Below are positions 9,653 to 17,386 of a stretch of DNA of 32,000 nt, piece by piece. The first letter of the stretch is position 1; every line of letters starts with the position of its first letter. The notes beneath the pieces were generated by a model. That model was not told where the DNA came from. It made no database searches and saw nothing but the letters and a program-made list of their open reading frames with translations. Position numbers and translations under genes: made by a program. Source of the DNA: Cupriavidus necator (GTDB lineage: Bacteria > Pseudomonadota > Gammaproteobacteria > Burkholderiales > Burkholderiaceae); NCBI RefSeq assembly GCF_016127575.1, contig NZ_CP066018.1:1620001-1652000 (forward strand), in the 5' to 3' direction.

Positions 9653-9671
9653 CAGGAACCGAGGAGACAAG

Positions 9672-10823
9672 ATGGATTTCAAGCGCGCCAGCCTGCTGGC
9701 AATCGCTGCGGCGAGCCTGGTTGCCGGTGCAGCCCAGGCACAGGTCAAGGTCGGGGTGACGGTGTCGGCCACGGGTCCGGCGGCATCGCTGGGTATTCCG
9801 GAGAAGAACACCTTCACGCTGATGCCCAAGGAAATCGCGGGCAAGAAGATCGAGTACATCGTGCTGGACGATGCCTCCGACACCACCACCGCGGTCAAGA
9901 ACACCCGCAAGCTGATCAGCGAAGACAAGGTTGACGTGGTGGTGGGTTCCACCGTGACGCCGAACTCGCTGGCGATGGTGGACGTGGTGGCCGAGAACGA
10001 TACGCCGATGATCACCATGGCCGCCTCGGCCCGCATCATCGAGCCGATGGATGCCAAGCGCGCCTGGGTCTTCAAGACGCCGCAGAATGACTCGCACATG
10101 GCGACCGCCATTGCCGAGCATATGACCAACAACAACGTGAAGACGGTGGCCTTCATCGGCTTCGCGGACGCCTATGGCGACAGCTGGGCGCAGGAGTTCG
10201 CCAAGGTGGCGGAGCTGCGCAAGATCAAGGTGGTCGCCAACGAGCGCTTTGCCCGTACCGATACCTCGGTCACCGGCCAGGTGCTGAAGATGATGAGCGC
10301 CAATGCCGACGCCGTGCTGATCGCAGGCTCGGGTACGCCCGCGGCGCTGCCGGCCAAGACGCTCAAGGAGCGTGGTTTCAAGGGCAAGATTTACCAGACC
10401 CACGGTGTGGCCAATGCCGACTTCCTGCGCGTGTGCGGCAAGGATTGCGAAGGCACGTTCCTGCCGGCCGGGCCGCTGCTGGTGGCTGAGCAATTGCCGG
10501 ACAGCAATCCGGTGAAGAAGCCGGCCATGTCCTACAAGACTTCTTACGAGAAGGCCTTCGGTGGCCAGGTCTCGACCTTCGGCGGTCATGCCTGGGATGC
10601 GGGGCTGATCCTGCAGCATGCCATCCCTGAGGCGCTGAAGAAGGGCCAGCCGGGTACCAAGGAATTCCGCAAGGCATTGCGGGATGCGATGGAGCAGACC
10701 AAGAATCTGCCGGTTTCGCATGGGATCATGAACATGAGTGCTACCGACCACCTTGGCTTTGATCAGAGGGCGCGGGTGATGGTGCAGATTGTTGATGGGA
10801 AGTGGAAGTTGTTGACTAAGTGA
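9672..10823 (+). CDS. periplasmic substrate-binding protein of a Liv-type (HAAT) ABC transporter, second system
   Basis: The ATG at 9672 is preceded by GAGGAGA (9661-9667). The signal peptide is MDFKRASLLAIAAASLVAGAAQAQ. The composition is that of a type-I periplasmic binding protein. Confidence 0.8.
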   Translation: MDFKRASLLAIAAASLVAGAAQAQVKVGVTVSATGPAASLGIPEKNTFTLMPKEIAGKKIEYIVLDDASDTTTAVKNTRKLISEDKVDVVVGSTVTPNSLAMVDVVAENDTPMITMAASARIIEPMDAKRAWVFKTPQNDSHMATAIAEHMTNNNVKTVAFIGFADAYGDSWAQEFAKVAELRKIKVVANERFARTDTSVTGQVLKMMSANADAVLIAGSGTPAALPAKTLKERGFKGKIYQTHGVANADFLRVCGKDCEGTFLPAGPLLVAEQLPDSNPVKKPAMSYKTSYEKAFGGQVSTFGGHAWDAGLILQHAIPEALKKGQPGTKEFRKALRDAMEQTKNLPVSHGIMNMSATDHLGFDQRARVMVQIVDGKWKLLTK

Positions 10824-10884
10824 GGGTCGGGGGCGGCGTGGCGCTATGCGGTTGGGTGTCGCCCTTGGCAAGTGCTGCTGTTTC

Positions 10885-10929
10885 GCCGGCTTAGCCGGCG
10901 AGTCACTTTCTGTCCGAGCGACAGAAAGT
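10885..10929. repeat. pair of small perfect palindromes (REP-like element)
   Basis: GCCGGC-TTA-GCCGGC lies at 10885-10899. ACTTTCTGTC (10905-10914) pairs with GACAGAAAGT (10920-10929), a perfect 10-bp stem. The flanks, GAGTCACTTTC and GAAAGTAACCAAAGAA, resemble from memory a dispersed intergenic repeat of Burkholderiaceae genomes; this is unverified. Confidence 0.4.
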
Positions 10930-11388
10930 AACCAAAGAACGCGTCGCCTATGCGGCTGGCAATAAATTGCACGGTGTTGGTGGTTCGCACGGTGGTGCTT
11001 GCCGTTCTGGCGTGGTTGCCCGTTCGACCCTGCTACGCCATGTGAGTCAGGGATAGTGCCTTCGATAACCCACTATTGAACAATCCCCATGCAGGGCGTA
11101 GGCCGCCTGCTGCAAACGGCATCGCCTGGACGCCTACGGCTGCTGCGCCGGCTCAAAGTGCGCTGACGGTCATTGGGCGCTTGCGCGAAACGCTACACCT
11201 GCCAAGAGCGACAACCAACCGCATGGCAACAATGCGAAACGCTCACGCCGCCATACACACCTCTCGTTAGGGCTTGCCTGTATTTCCACATTAGGCAATC
11301 CGTTTACTATTGCGTAAATCCCGAAGCACACAGCACCCTGTCGGCCCCCATATGATGCAGGCAGGTATTTCCAAGAGACGGGGAGACA

Positions 11389-12441
11389 ATGGACTTATCA
11401 ATCGCTGCCATCCTGGCCCAGGACGGCATCACCTCGGGCGCGATCTACGCGCTGCTGGCACTGGCCCTGGTGCTGGTGTTCTCGGTGACCCGGGTCATCT
11501 TCATCCCGCAAGGGGAGTTTGTTGCCTACGGCGCGCTGACGCTGGCGGCGATGCAGGCCGGTCACGCGCCGCAGACCAGCTGGCTGCTGCTGGCGATGGG
11601 GGCGCTGACCTTCATCTATGAAACCGTCACGGTGCTGCGCAGCGCCGAGTTGCGCCGCACGCTGGGCCAGCGGCTGGCGGTGCTGGCAGGCAAATACCTG
11701 GTGTTCCCGCTCGCGGTGCACTGGCTGGCGCAGCAGTATGGCGCGCAGCCGCTGCCGATGCTGGCGCAGATCGCGCTGACGCTGCTGATCATCATCCCGC
11801 TGGGGCCGATGCTGTACCGGCTGGCCTACCAGCCGCTGGCCGAGGCCAGCACGCTGGTGCTGCTGATCGTCTCGGTCGGCGTGCACTTTGCGCTGGTGGG
11901 GCTGGGCCTGGTGATGTTCGGGGCGGAGGGTTCGCGCACCAATGCGTTCTCGGATGCGCGCTTCGACGTGGGGGCGCTCAGCATCTCGGGCCAGAGCCTG
12001 TGGATCGTGGGCGTGTCGGCGCTGCTGATCGGCGCGCTGTACTTCTATTTCGAGCGCACGCTGCAGGGCAAGGCGCTGCGCGCGACCGCGGTAAACCGGC
12101 TGGGCGCGCGCCTGGTCGGTATCGGCACCACGCAGGCGGGGCGGCTGTCGTTCACGCTGGCCGCGGCGATGGGCGCGCTGTGCGGCATCCTGATCGCGCC
12201 GCTGACCACCGTGTACTACGAGTCGGGCTTCCTGGTGGGCCTGAAGGGCTTTGTCGGCGCCATTGTCGGCGGGCTGGTGAGCTACCCCGTGGCGGCGCTC
12301 GGTGCGCTGCTGGTGGGCCTGCTTGAATCCTATTCGTCCTTCTGGGCCAGCGCGTTCAAGGAGGTCATCGTCTTCACACTGATCATTCCGGTGCTGCTGT
12401 GGCGCTCGCTGACGAGCAAGCATGTCGAGGAGGAGGAATAA
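11389..12441 (+). CDS. livH: HAAT-family ABC transporter permease, LivH-like (second system)
   Basis: The ATG at 11389 is preceded by GGGGAGA. The N-terminus is MDLSIAAILAQDGITSGAIYALLALALVLVF. The 350-aa protein is polytopic. Confidence 0.8.
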   Translation: MDLSIAAILAQDGITSGAIYALLALALVLVFSVTRVIFIPQGEFVAYGALTLAAMQAGHAPQTSWLLLAMGALTFIYETVTVLRSAELRRTLGQRLAVLAGKYLVFPLAVHWLAQQYGAQPLPMLAQIALTLLIIIPLGPMLYRLAYQPLAEASTLVLLIVSVGVHFALVGLGLVMFGAEGSRTNAFSDARFDVGALSISGQSLWIVGVSALLIGALYFYFERTLQGKALRATAVNRLGARLVGIGTTQAGRLSFTLAAAMGALCGILIAPLTTVYYESGFLVGLKGFVGAIVGGLVSYPVAALGALLVGLLESYSSFWASAFKEVIVFTLIIPVLLWRSLTSKHVEEEE

Positions 12442-12444
12442 GCC

Positions 12445-14286
12445 ATGACCATGCTGACCGACAAGCAGGCGCGGGTGGCCAGTGCCGAGGCAGGCAGCCG
12501 TGCGCGGCTGAACCGCAACCGGGTCCTGGTGCTGGCTTTCATTGTGGTGCTGGTGTTGCTGCCGGCGCTGCCGACGCCGGAGTTCTGGATCACGCTGGGC
12601 AATTACATCGGCCTGTACAGCATCGTGGCGATCGGGCTGGTGCTGCTGACCGGGGTGGGCGGCATGACCTCGTTCGGGCAGGCCGCGTTCGTGGGGCTGG
12701 GCGCGTACAGCACTGCGTACCTGACCACGCAGTTCGGGCTGTCGCCCTGGTTCGGGCTGATGGTGGGGCTGGTGATCACGATGGCATCGGCCTATGTGAT
12801 CGGGCTGATCACGATGCGCATGTCCGGCCACTACCTGCCGCTGGCGACCATTGCCTGGGGCCTGTCGCTGTTCTTCCTGTTTGGCAACCTGGAGTTCCTG
12901 GGCAAGTATGACGGCCTGAACGGGATCCCGGTGCTGTCGCTCTTCGGCATCGAGCTGCAGTCGGGCCGCTCGATGTTCTACCTGATCTGGGCGGTGGTGC
13001 TGCTGGCCGTGCTGGCGATGCAGAACCTGCTGAACTCGCGCCCGGGGCGCGCCATCCGCGCGCTCAAGGGCGGTGGCGTGATGGCCGAGGCCATGGGTGT
13101 GAACACCGCATGGATGAAAGTGGTGATCTTCGTGGTGGCGGCGGTCCTGGCGTGCGTGTCGGGCTTCCTGTACGCGCACCTGCAGCGCGCGGTGAACCCG
13201 ACGCCGTTCGGCCTGAACTACGGCATCGAGTACCTGTTCATGGCCGTGGTCGGCGGCGTGGGCCATGTGTGGGGCGCGGTGCTGGGCGCGGGCATCCTGA
13301 CCATCCTGAAGGATGTGCTGCAGGGCGTGCTGCCCAAGCTGCTCGGTGCCAACGGCAACTTCGAGATCATCGTCTTCGGCGTACTGCTGGTATTGCTGCT
13401 GCAATACGCGCGCGATGGCATCTGGCCGTTCCTGCGGCGTCTGGTGCCTTCTGGTCCACCGGTGCTGGCGCCGGCGCAGGCCGAGGCCCTGGCCGTGCGC
13501 CAGAAGCCCGAGGCGGGCGACCTGATTCTGGATGTGCGCGCCGCGCGCAAGGAGTTCGGCGGGCTGGTGGCGGTGAACGATGTCAGCTTCCAGGTGCGCG
13601 CGGGCGAGATCATCGGGCTGATCGGTCCCAATGGCGCGGGCAAGTCCACCACCTTCAACCTGGTGACGGGCGTGCTGCCGGTCACGCGTGGGGAGGTGCG
13701 TTACCGCGGTGAAGTGATCTCGGGCCTGCCGTCGCGCGAGATCGTCAAGCGCGGCATCGGCCGCACCTTCCAGCATGTGCACCTGCTGCCGACCATGACG
13801 GTGCTGGAGAACGTGGCCATCGGCGCGCACCTGCGCGGTGATTTCCGCGCCCAGGGCGGCGTCTCGGCAGCGATCCTGCGCATGAACAAGGCCGAGGAAG
13901 AGAAGCTGCTGTTCGAAGCGAAGCGCCAGCTTGAACGCGTGGGCCTGGCCGATTGCATGTACATGGAAGCCGGCAGCCTCGCGCTGGGCCAGCAGCGGAT
14001 TCTTGAAATCGCGCGTGCGCTTTGCTGCGACCCGGCGCTGCTGCTGCTCGACGAGCCGGCAGCGGGCCTGCGCTACAAGGAGAAGCAGGCGCTGGCCGAG
14101 CTGCTGCGCAAGCTCAAGGGCGAGGGCATGAGCGTGCTGCTGGTCGAGCACGACATGGATTTCGTGATGAACCTGACCGACCGGCTGGTGGTGATGGAAT
14201 TCGGCACGCGCATTGCCGAGGGCGTGCCCGAGGAAGTGCAGAAGAACCCCGCGGTGCTGGAAGCCTACCTGGGTGGCGTGGAGTAA
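12445..14286 (+). CDS. fused LivM-like permease / LivG-like ATP-binding protein
   Basis: One 613-aa frame. The N-terminal ~330 aa are hydrophobic with the LivM motif MTSFGQAAFVGLGAY. The C-terminal ~260 aa carry Walker A GPNGAGKST, the signature region and Walker B LLLLDEP. A GAGGAGGAGGAA SD lies at the end of livH. Confidence 0.8.
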   Translation: MTMLTDKQARVASAEAGSRARLNRNRVLVLAFIVVLVLLPALPTPEFWITLGNYIGLYSIVAIGLVLLTGVGGMTSFGQAAFVGLGAYSTAYLTTQFGLSPWFGLMVGLVITMASAYVIGLITMRMSGHYLPLATIAWGLSLFFLFGNLEFLGKYDGLNGIPVLSLFGIELQSGRSMFYLIWAVVLLAVLAMQNLLNSRPGRAIRALKGGGVMAEAMGVNTAWMKVVIFVVAAVLACVSGFLYAHLQRAVNPTPFGLNYGIEYLFMAVVGGVGHVWGAVLGAGILTILKDVLQGVLPKLLGANGNFEIIVFGVLLVLLLQYARDGIWPFLRRLVPSGPPVLAPAQAEALAVRQKPEAGDLILDVRAARKEFGGLVAVNDVSFQVRAGEIIGLIGPNGAGKSTTFNLVTGVLPVTRGEVRYRGEVISGLPSREIVKRGIGRTFQHVHLLPTMTVLENVAIGAHLRGDFRAQGGVSAAILRMNKAEEEKLLFEAKRQLERVGLADCMYMEAGSLALGQQRILEIARALCCDPALLLLDEPAAGLRYKEKQALAELLRKLKGEGMSVLLVEHDMDFVMNLTDRLVVMEFGTRIAEGVPEEVQKNPAVLEAYLGGVE

Positions 14287-14295
14287 GGACCGGAC

Positions 14296-15039
14296 ATGAG
14301 CCTGATTCTCGAAGTGAAGGACCTCCACGTCCGCTACGGCAAGGTGGAAGCGGTGCACGGCGCCAACCTGAAGGTGGAGGCCGGCAAGATCGTCACGGTG
14401 ATCGGCCCCAACGGTGCCGGCAAGTCGACCATGCTCAATGCGGTCATGGGTGCGCTGCCGGTGACGGGGTCGTCGAGCGGCTCGGTCAACTACCTCGGCC
14501 ACGACATGGCCGGCATCCCGGTGGAATGGCGCGTTGCGCGCGGCATGTGCCTGGTGCCGGAGAAGCGCGAGCTGTTTGCGTCGATGACGGTGGAAGACAA
14601 CCTGCAGCTGGGTGCCTTTCGCCGCAAGCGCGCCGGCGAGAAGAACTACCTGGACCAGATGGACGTGGTCTACGACCTGTTCCCACGCCTGCGCGAGCGT
14701 GCCCGCCAGGACGCCGGCACGCTCTCCGGGGGCGAGCGCCAGATGCTGGCGGTGGGCCGCGCGCTGATGGCCAAGCCGCAGCTGCTGATGCTGGACGAGC
14801 CCAGCCTTGGCCTGGCGCCGCTGATCGTGAAGGAGATCTTCCACATCATCAGCAATCTGCGCCAGACCGGCGTGGCCACGCTGCTGATCGAGCAGAACGC
14901 ACGCGCTGCGCTGCAGGTGGCGGACTACGGCTATGTGATCGAGACCGGGGATATGGCGATGGAAGGGCTGGCCGACGAACTGGCGGCGAATCCGAAGGTG
15001 ATCGAAACCTATCTTGGATTGGCAAAAAAGGCGGCTTAA
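14296..15039 (+). CDS. livF: HAAT-family ABC transporter ATP-binding protein, LivF-like (second system)
   Basis: 247 aa. Walker A is GPNGAGKST, the signature is LSGGERQML and Walker B is LLMLDEP. Confidence 0.85.
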   Translation: MSLILEVKDLHVRYGKVEAVHGANLKVEAGKIVTVIGPNGAGKSTMLNAVMGALPVTGSSSGSVNYLGHDMAGIPVEWRVARGMCLVPEKRELFASMTVEDNLQLGAFRRKRAGEKNYLDQMDVVYDLFPRLRERARQDAGTLSGGERQMLAVGRALMAKPQLLMLDEPSLGLAPLIVKEIFHIISNLRQTGVATLLIEQNARAALQVADYGYVIETGDMAMEGLADELAANPKVIETYLGLAKKAA

Positions 15040-15066
15040 CCCGCCCGGTTTTCGCCAGAGGAATGA

Positions 15067-15090
15067 GGGTCTGCGGATGCAGGCCCTTTT
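15067..15090 (+). terminator. Rho-independent terminator of the second liv operon
   Basis: GGGTCTGC pairs with GCAGGCCC (8 bp including one G-U) around a GGAT loop, followed by TTTTCTATT. Confidence 0.65.
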
Positions 15091-15223
15091 CTATTGGTGG
15101 TGTGAATAACTTTGGGGATAACCCAATTCAGAGGCGCTTCGGGCGGATGTCGCTATCGGTGCGCTGATGTAGGTACGCAAATATCTACTGGGGTAATTTT
15201 TAGCAATCAAATTTACCGAATAA

Positions 15224-15266
15224 CATCCATACAGATAATAATTTTAGGAATTTTATCTGTGGGATG
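15224..15266. other. AT-rich hairpin between convergent genes; possible terminator for the LysR gene or a bidirectional terminator
   Basis: CATCC-ATA-CAGATAA (15224-15238) pairs with TTATCTG-TG-GGATG (15253-15266) around a 14-nt loop. T-rich sequence lies on both sides. Confidence 0.3.
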
Positions 15267-15298
15267 AATGTATTTTTGCATAATTTTTTCCATGTTAG

Positions 15299-16234
15299 TC
15301 ATCCGGAGAATAAAGTGTTGGTGCCGCTGCCTGTATCCTTCGCTGCGGTTTCCAGCAGCCAATCCCGGAAGCAGTTCAGCGCCGGATGATCGCGCCGTTC
15401 CTTCGGCGCACACAGGAAATAGCCCCGTTGCAGCGTAATTGGCAGGTCAAACGGCGCCGTTACGCGTCCGGCGGCAATTTCGTCGCGCACCAGGCAACGC
15501 TGCAGCACGGCGACGCCGATGTCGGCGCGCACCGCCTGGATCAGGATCGAGACCTGGTCGAACGCTGTGGATAACCTTGGCGCAGCGTTGGGTACGCCGG
15601 CGGCCTGCAGCCAGTTTTGCCAGTTCGCCGGTGCGGTGGTGTGGTAGAGCAGGGGCTCGTCCAGCAGCTCCGCAGGAGACTGCCAGCGGCCGGCCTCGCG
15701 CCGTGCCCGGGCGCGGTCCGGATGGCAGACCGGCACCAATTCACGTCCCACCACATAGTCGGCCTGCAGGCCGGGCCATTTGCCGGCTTCACCCGCCAGG
15801 ATGGCGGCGTCGGGGGAGGGGCCGGAGAGGTCCTCGTCGCGCTGGTACGGGACGAAGTCCAGCCGGATTTCCGGATGGCGGCGATGGAAGTCCGGCAGGC
15901 GCGGCACCAGCCAGACGCTGGCCAGCGTGGGCACGACGGACAGCGTCAGGTGGTGCCGGCGGTTGCCGGCGCGCAGGGTGGCGCTGGCATGCTCGATCGT
16001 GGCCAGCGGCTCGGCCACGGCCTCAAGCAATTTCCGGCCGGCATCTGTCAGCACCAGCCGGTGGGCATTGCGCTGTAGCAGCGGCTGCCCGAAATGCGCC
16101 TCCAGCCGCGCGATGGCGCGGCTGATGGCACCCTGGGTCACGCACAGTTCGTCCGCCGCACGCGTGAAGCTGCCCAGCCGCGCCGCGGTGGCAAAGGCGT
16201 GCAACTCAGACATCGATGGGGAATGCAGCCGCAT
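15299..16234 (-). CDS. LysR-family transcriptional regulator (GcvA-like subgroup)
   Basis: The N-terminal HTH is MRLHSPSMSELHAFATAARLGSFTRAADELCVTQGAISRAIARLE. At about 311 aa it has typical LysR length. An alternative start at 16213 (MSELH...) is equally possible. The upstream 190 codons of ORF 15299-16804 are not protein-like. Confidence 0.8.
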   Translation of the reverse strand: MRLHSPSMSELHAFATAARLGSFTRAADELCVTQGAISRAIARLEAHFGQPLLQRNAHRLVLTDAGRKLLEAVAEPLATIEHASATLRAGNRRHHLTLSVVPTLASVWLVPRLPDFHRRHPEIRLDFVPYQRDEDLSGPSPDAAILAGEAGKWPGLQADYVVGRELVPVCHPDRARARREAGRWQSPAELLDEPLLYHTTAPANWQNWLQAAGVPNAAPRLSTAFDQVSILIQAVRADIGVAVLQRCLVRDEIAAGRVTAPFDLPITLQRGYFLCAPKERRDHPALNCFRDWLLETAAKDTGSGTNTLFSG

Positions 16235-16301
16235 GGCGGGGGAAGGGAGGAAGGGCGGGACGGCTGCCGGAGCGGCCGCCGCAGGATGATCTTTGGTAAT
16301 G

Positions 16302-16324
16302 CAAACGTGCAATATAGTCGTTTG
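16302..16324. promoter_or_regulatory. candidate LysR-type operator (inverted repeat with 11-nt spacer)
   Basis: CAAACG (16302-16307), an 11-nt spacer, then CGTTTG (16319-16324). It sits in the 153-bp divergent spacer between the LysR gene and the Bug receptor gene and fits the T-N11-A architecture. Confidence 0.4.
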
Positions 16325-16387
16325 TGCCCGCCCGGTAAACGGCTGACACTCGTCCGGTTCATGCACAAAACCAACAGGAGAATCCCC

Positions 16388-17383
16388 GTGATCCGAGCCA
16401 GGATGTCCCGCCGCCAGCTGCTGCTGTCCGGTACCGCCGCCGCTGCCACGCTGGCCTTTGCCGGCAACGCGTTCGCGCAAGCCAATTACCCGACGCGCCC
16501 GATCCGTCTGATCGTGCCGTTCGCGGCGGGTGGCTCCACCGACCTGTCGGCGCGCCTGGTGGCAGAGTTTGCCGGCCGCGAGCTGGGCCAGTCGATCGTG
16601 GTCGAGAACAAGGGCGGCGCCGGCGGCTCGCTGGGCATGGAGCAGGTGGCCAACGCCGCGCCCGATGGCTACACCATCGGCATGGCCACGGTCAGCACGC
16701 ATGGTTCCAACCCGGCGGTGTACCCGAAGCTGAAGTACGACCCGATCAAGGACTTTGCCCCGATCACCAACGTGGTGTCGATGCCGAGCGTATTCACGGT
16801 GCATCCGAGCGTGCCGGCGAAAACCATGCAGGAGTTTATTGCCTTAGCCAAGGCCAATCCGGGGAAGTATTCAGTTGCCTCGCCGGGCACAGGGACCCTC
16901 GGCCACGTAAATCTTGAGAACTTCCAGATGCTGGCGAAGATCCAGCTGCTGCATGTGCCGTACAAGGGCGCCGGCCTTGGACTCAATGACGCGGTGGCAG
17001 GGCAGGTCAATGCAATCTCGGACAACCTGGCCTCCGCGCTGCCTCACGTGAAATCGGGCCGCCTGCGCGCGCTGGCGGTGCTTGGCGCCACGCGCTCGCC
17101 GCAGTTGCCAAACGTACCCACCTATGCAGAACTGGGCTACAAGGAGATGGGCGACGGCGGTTGGTTCGGCATCGTCGCGCCCGCGAATACGCCGCCCGCC
17201 ATCGTCGCCAGGCTGAACCAGGCGATCCACAAGGCCATGCAGAACCCCGAGTTCAAGCGCAAGGTGGAAGAATCCGGCGGCACGCTGGTGCCGACTACGC
17301 CGGAGCAGTTCAAGGCGCAGATCCAGCAGGCGATGGCGCGCTACGCCCGCGTGGCCAAGGCTGCCGATATCAAGCTGGACTGA
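16388..17383 (+). CDS. Bug-family (TctC-like) tripartite tricarboxylate transporter substrate-binding receptor
   Basis: The GTG at 16388 lies 7 nt after AGGAG (16376-16380). The leader SRRQLLLSGTAAAATLAFAGNAFA is signal- or Tat-like. The mature N-terminus YPTRPIRLIVPFAAGGSTDLSARL is the Bug family hallmark. Alternative ATG starts exist at 16403 and 16361. Confidence 0.8.
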   Translation: MIRARMSRRQLLLSGTAAAATLAFAGNAFAQANYPTRPIRLIVPFAAGGSTDLSARLVAEFAGRELGQSIVVENKGGAGGSLGMEQVANAAPDGYTIGMATVSTHGSNPAVYPKLKYDPIKDFAPITNVVSMPSVFTVHPSVPAKTMQEFIALAKANPGKYSVASPGTGTLGHVNLENFQMLAKIQLLHVPYKGAGLGLNDAVAGQVNAISDNLASALPHVKSGRLRALAVLGATRSPQLPNVPTYAELGYKEMGDGGWFGIVAPANTPPAIVARLNQAIHKAMQNPEFKRKVEESGGTLVPTTPEQFKAQIQQAMARYARVAKAADIKLD

Positions 17384-17386
17384 GGC

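Noticed and set aside
11398-14844. 1148-aa minus-strand ORF spanning three liv genes
   Set aside because: It is antisense to three well-supported ABC genes. Its composition (very rich in R, H, Q, A, G, with runs such as HRDHQPHHQPEPGRQ) is typical of the stop-poor shadow frame of high-GC coding DNA. It has no motif and no SD.
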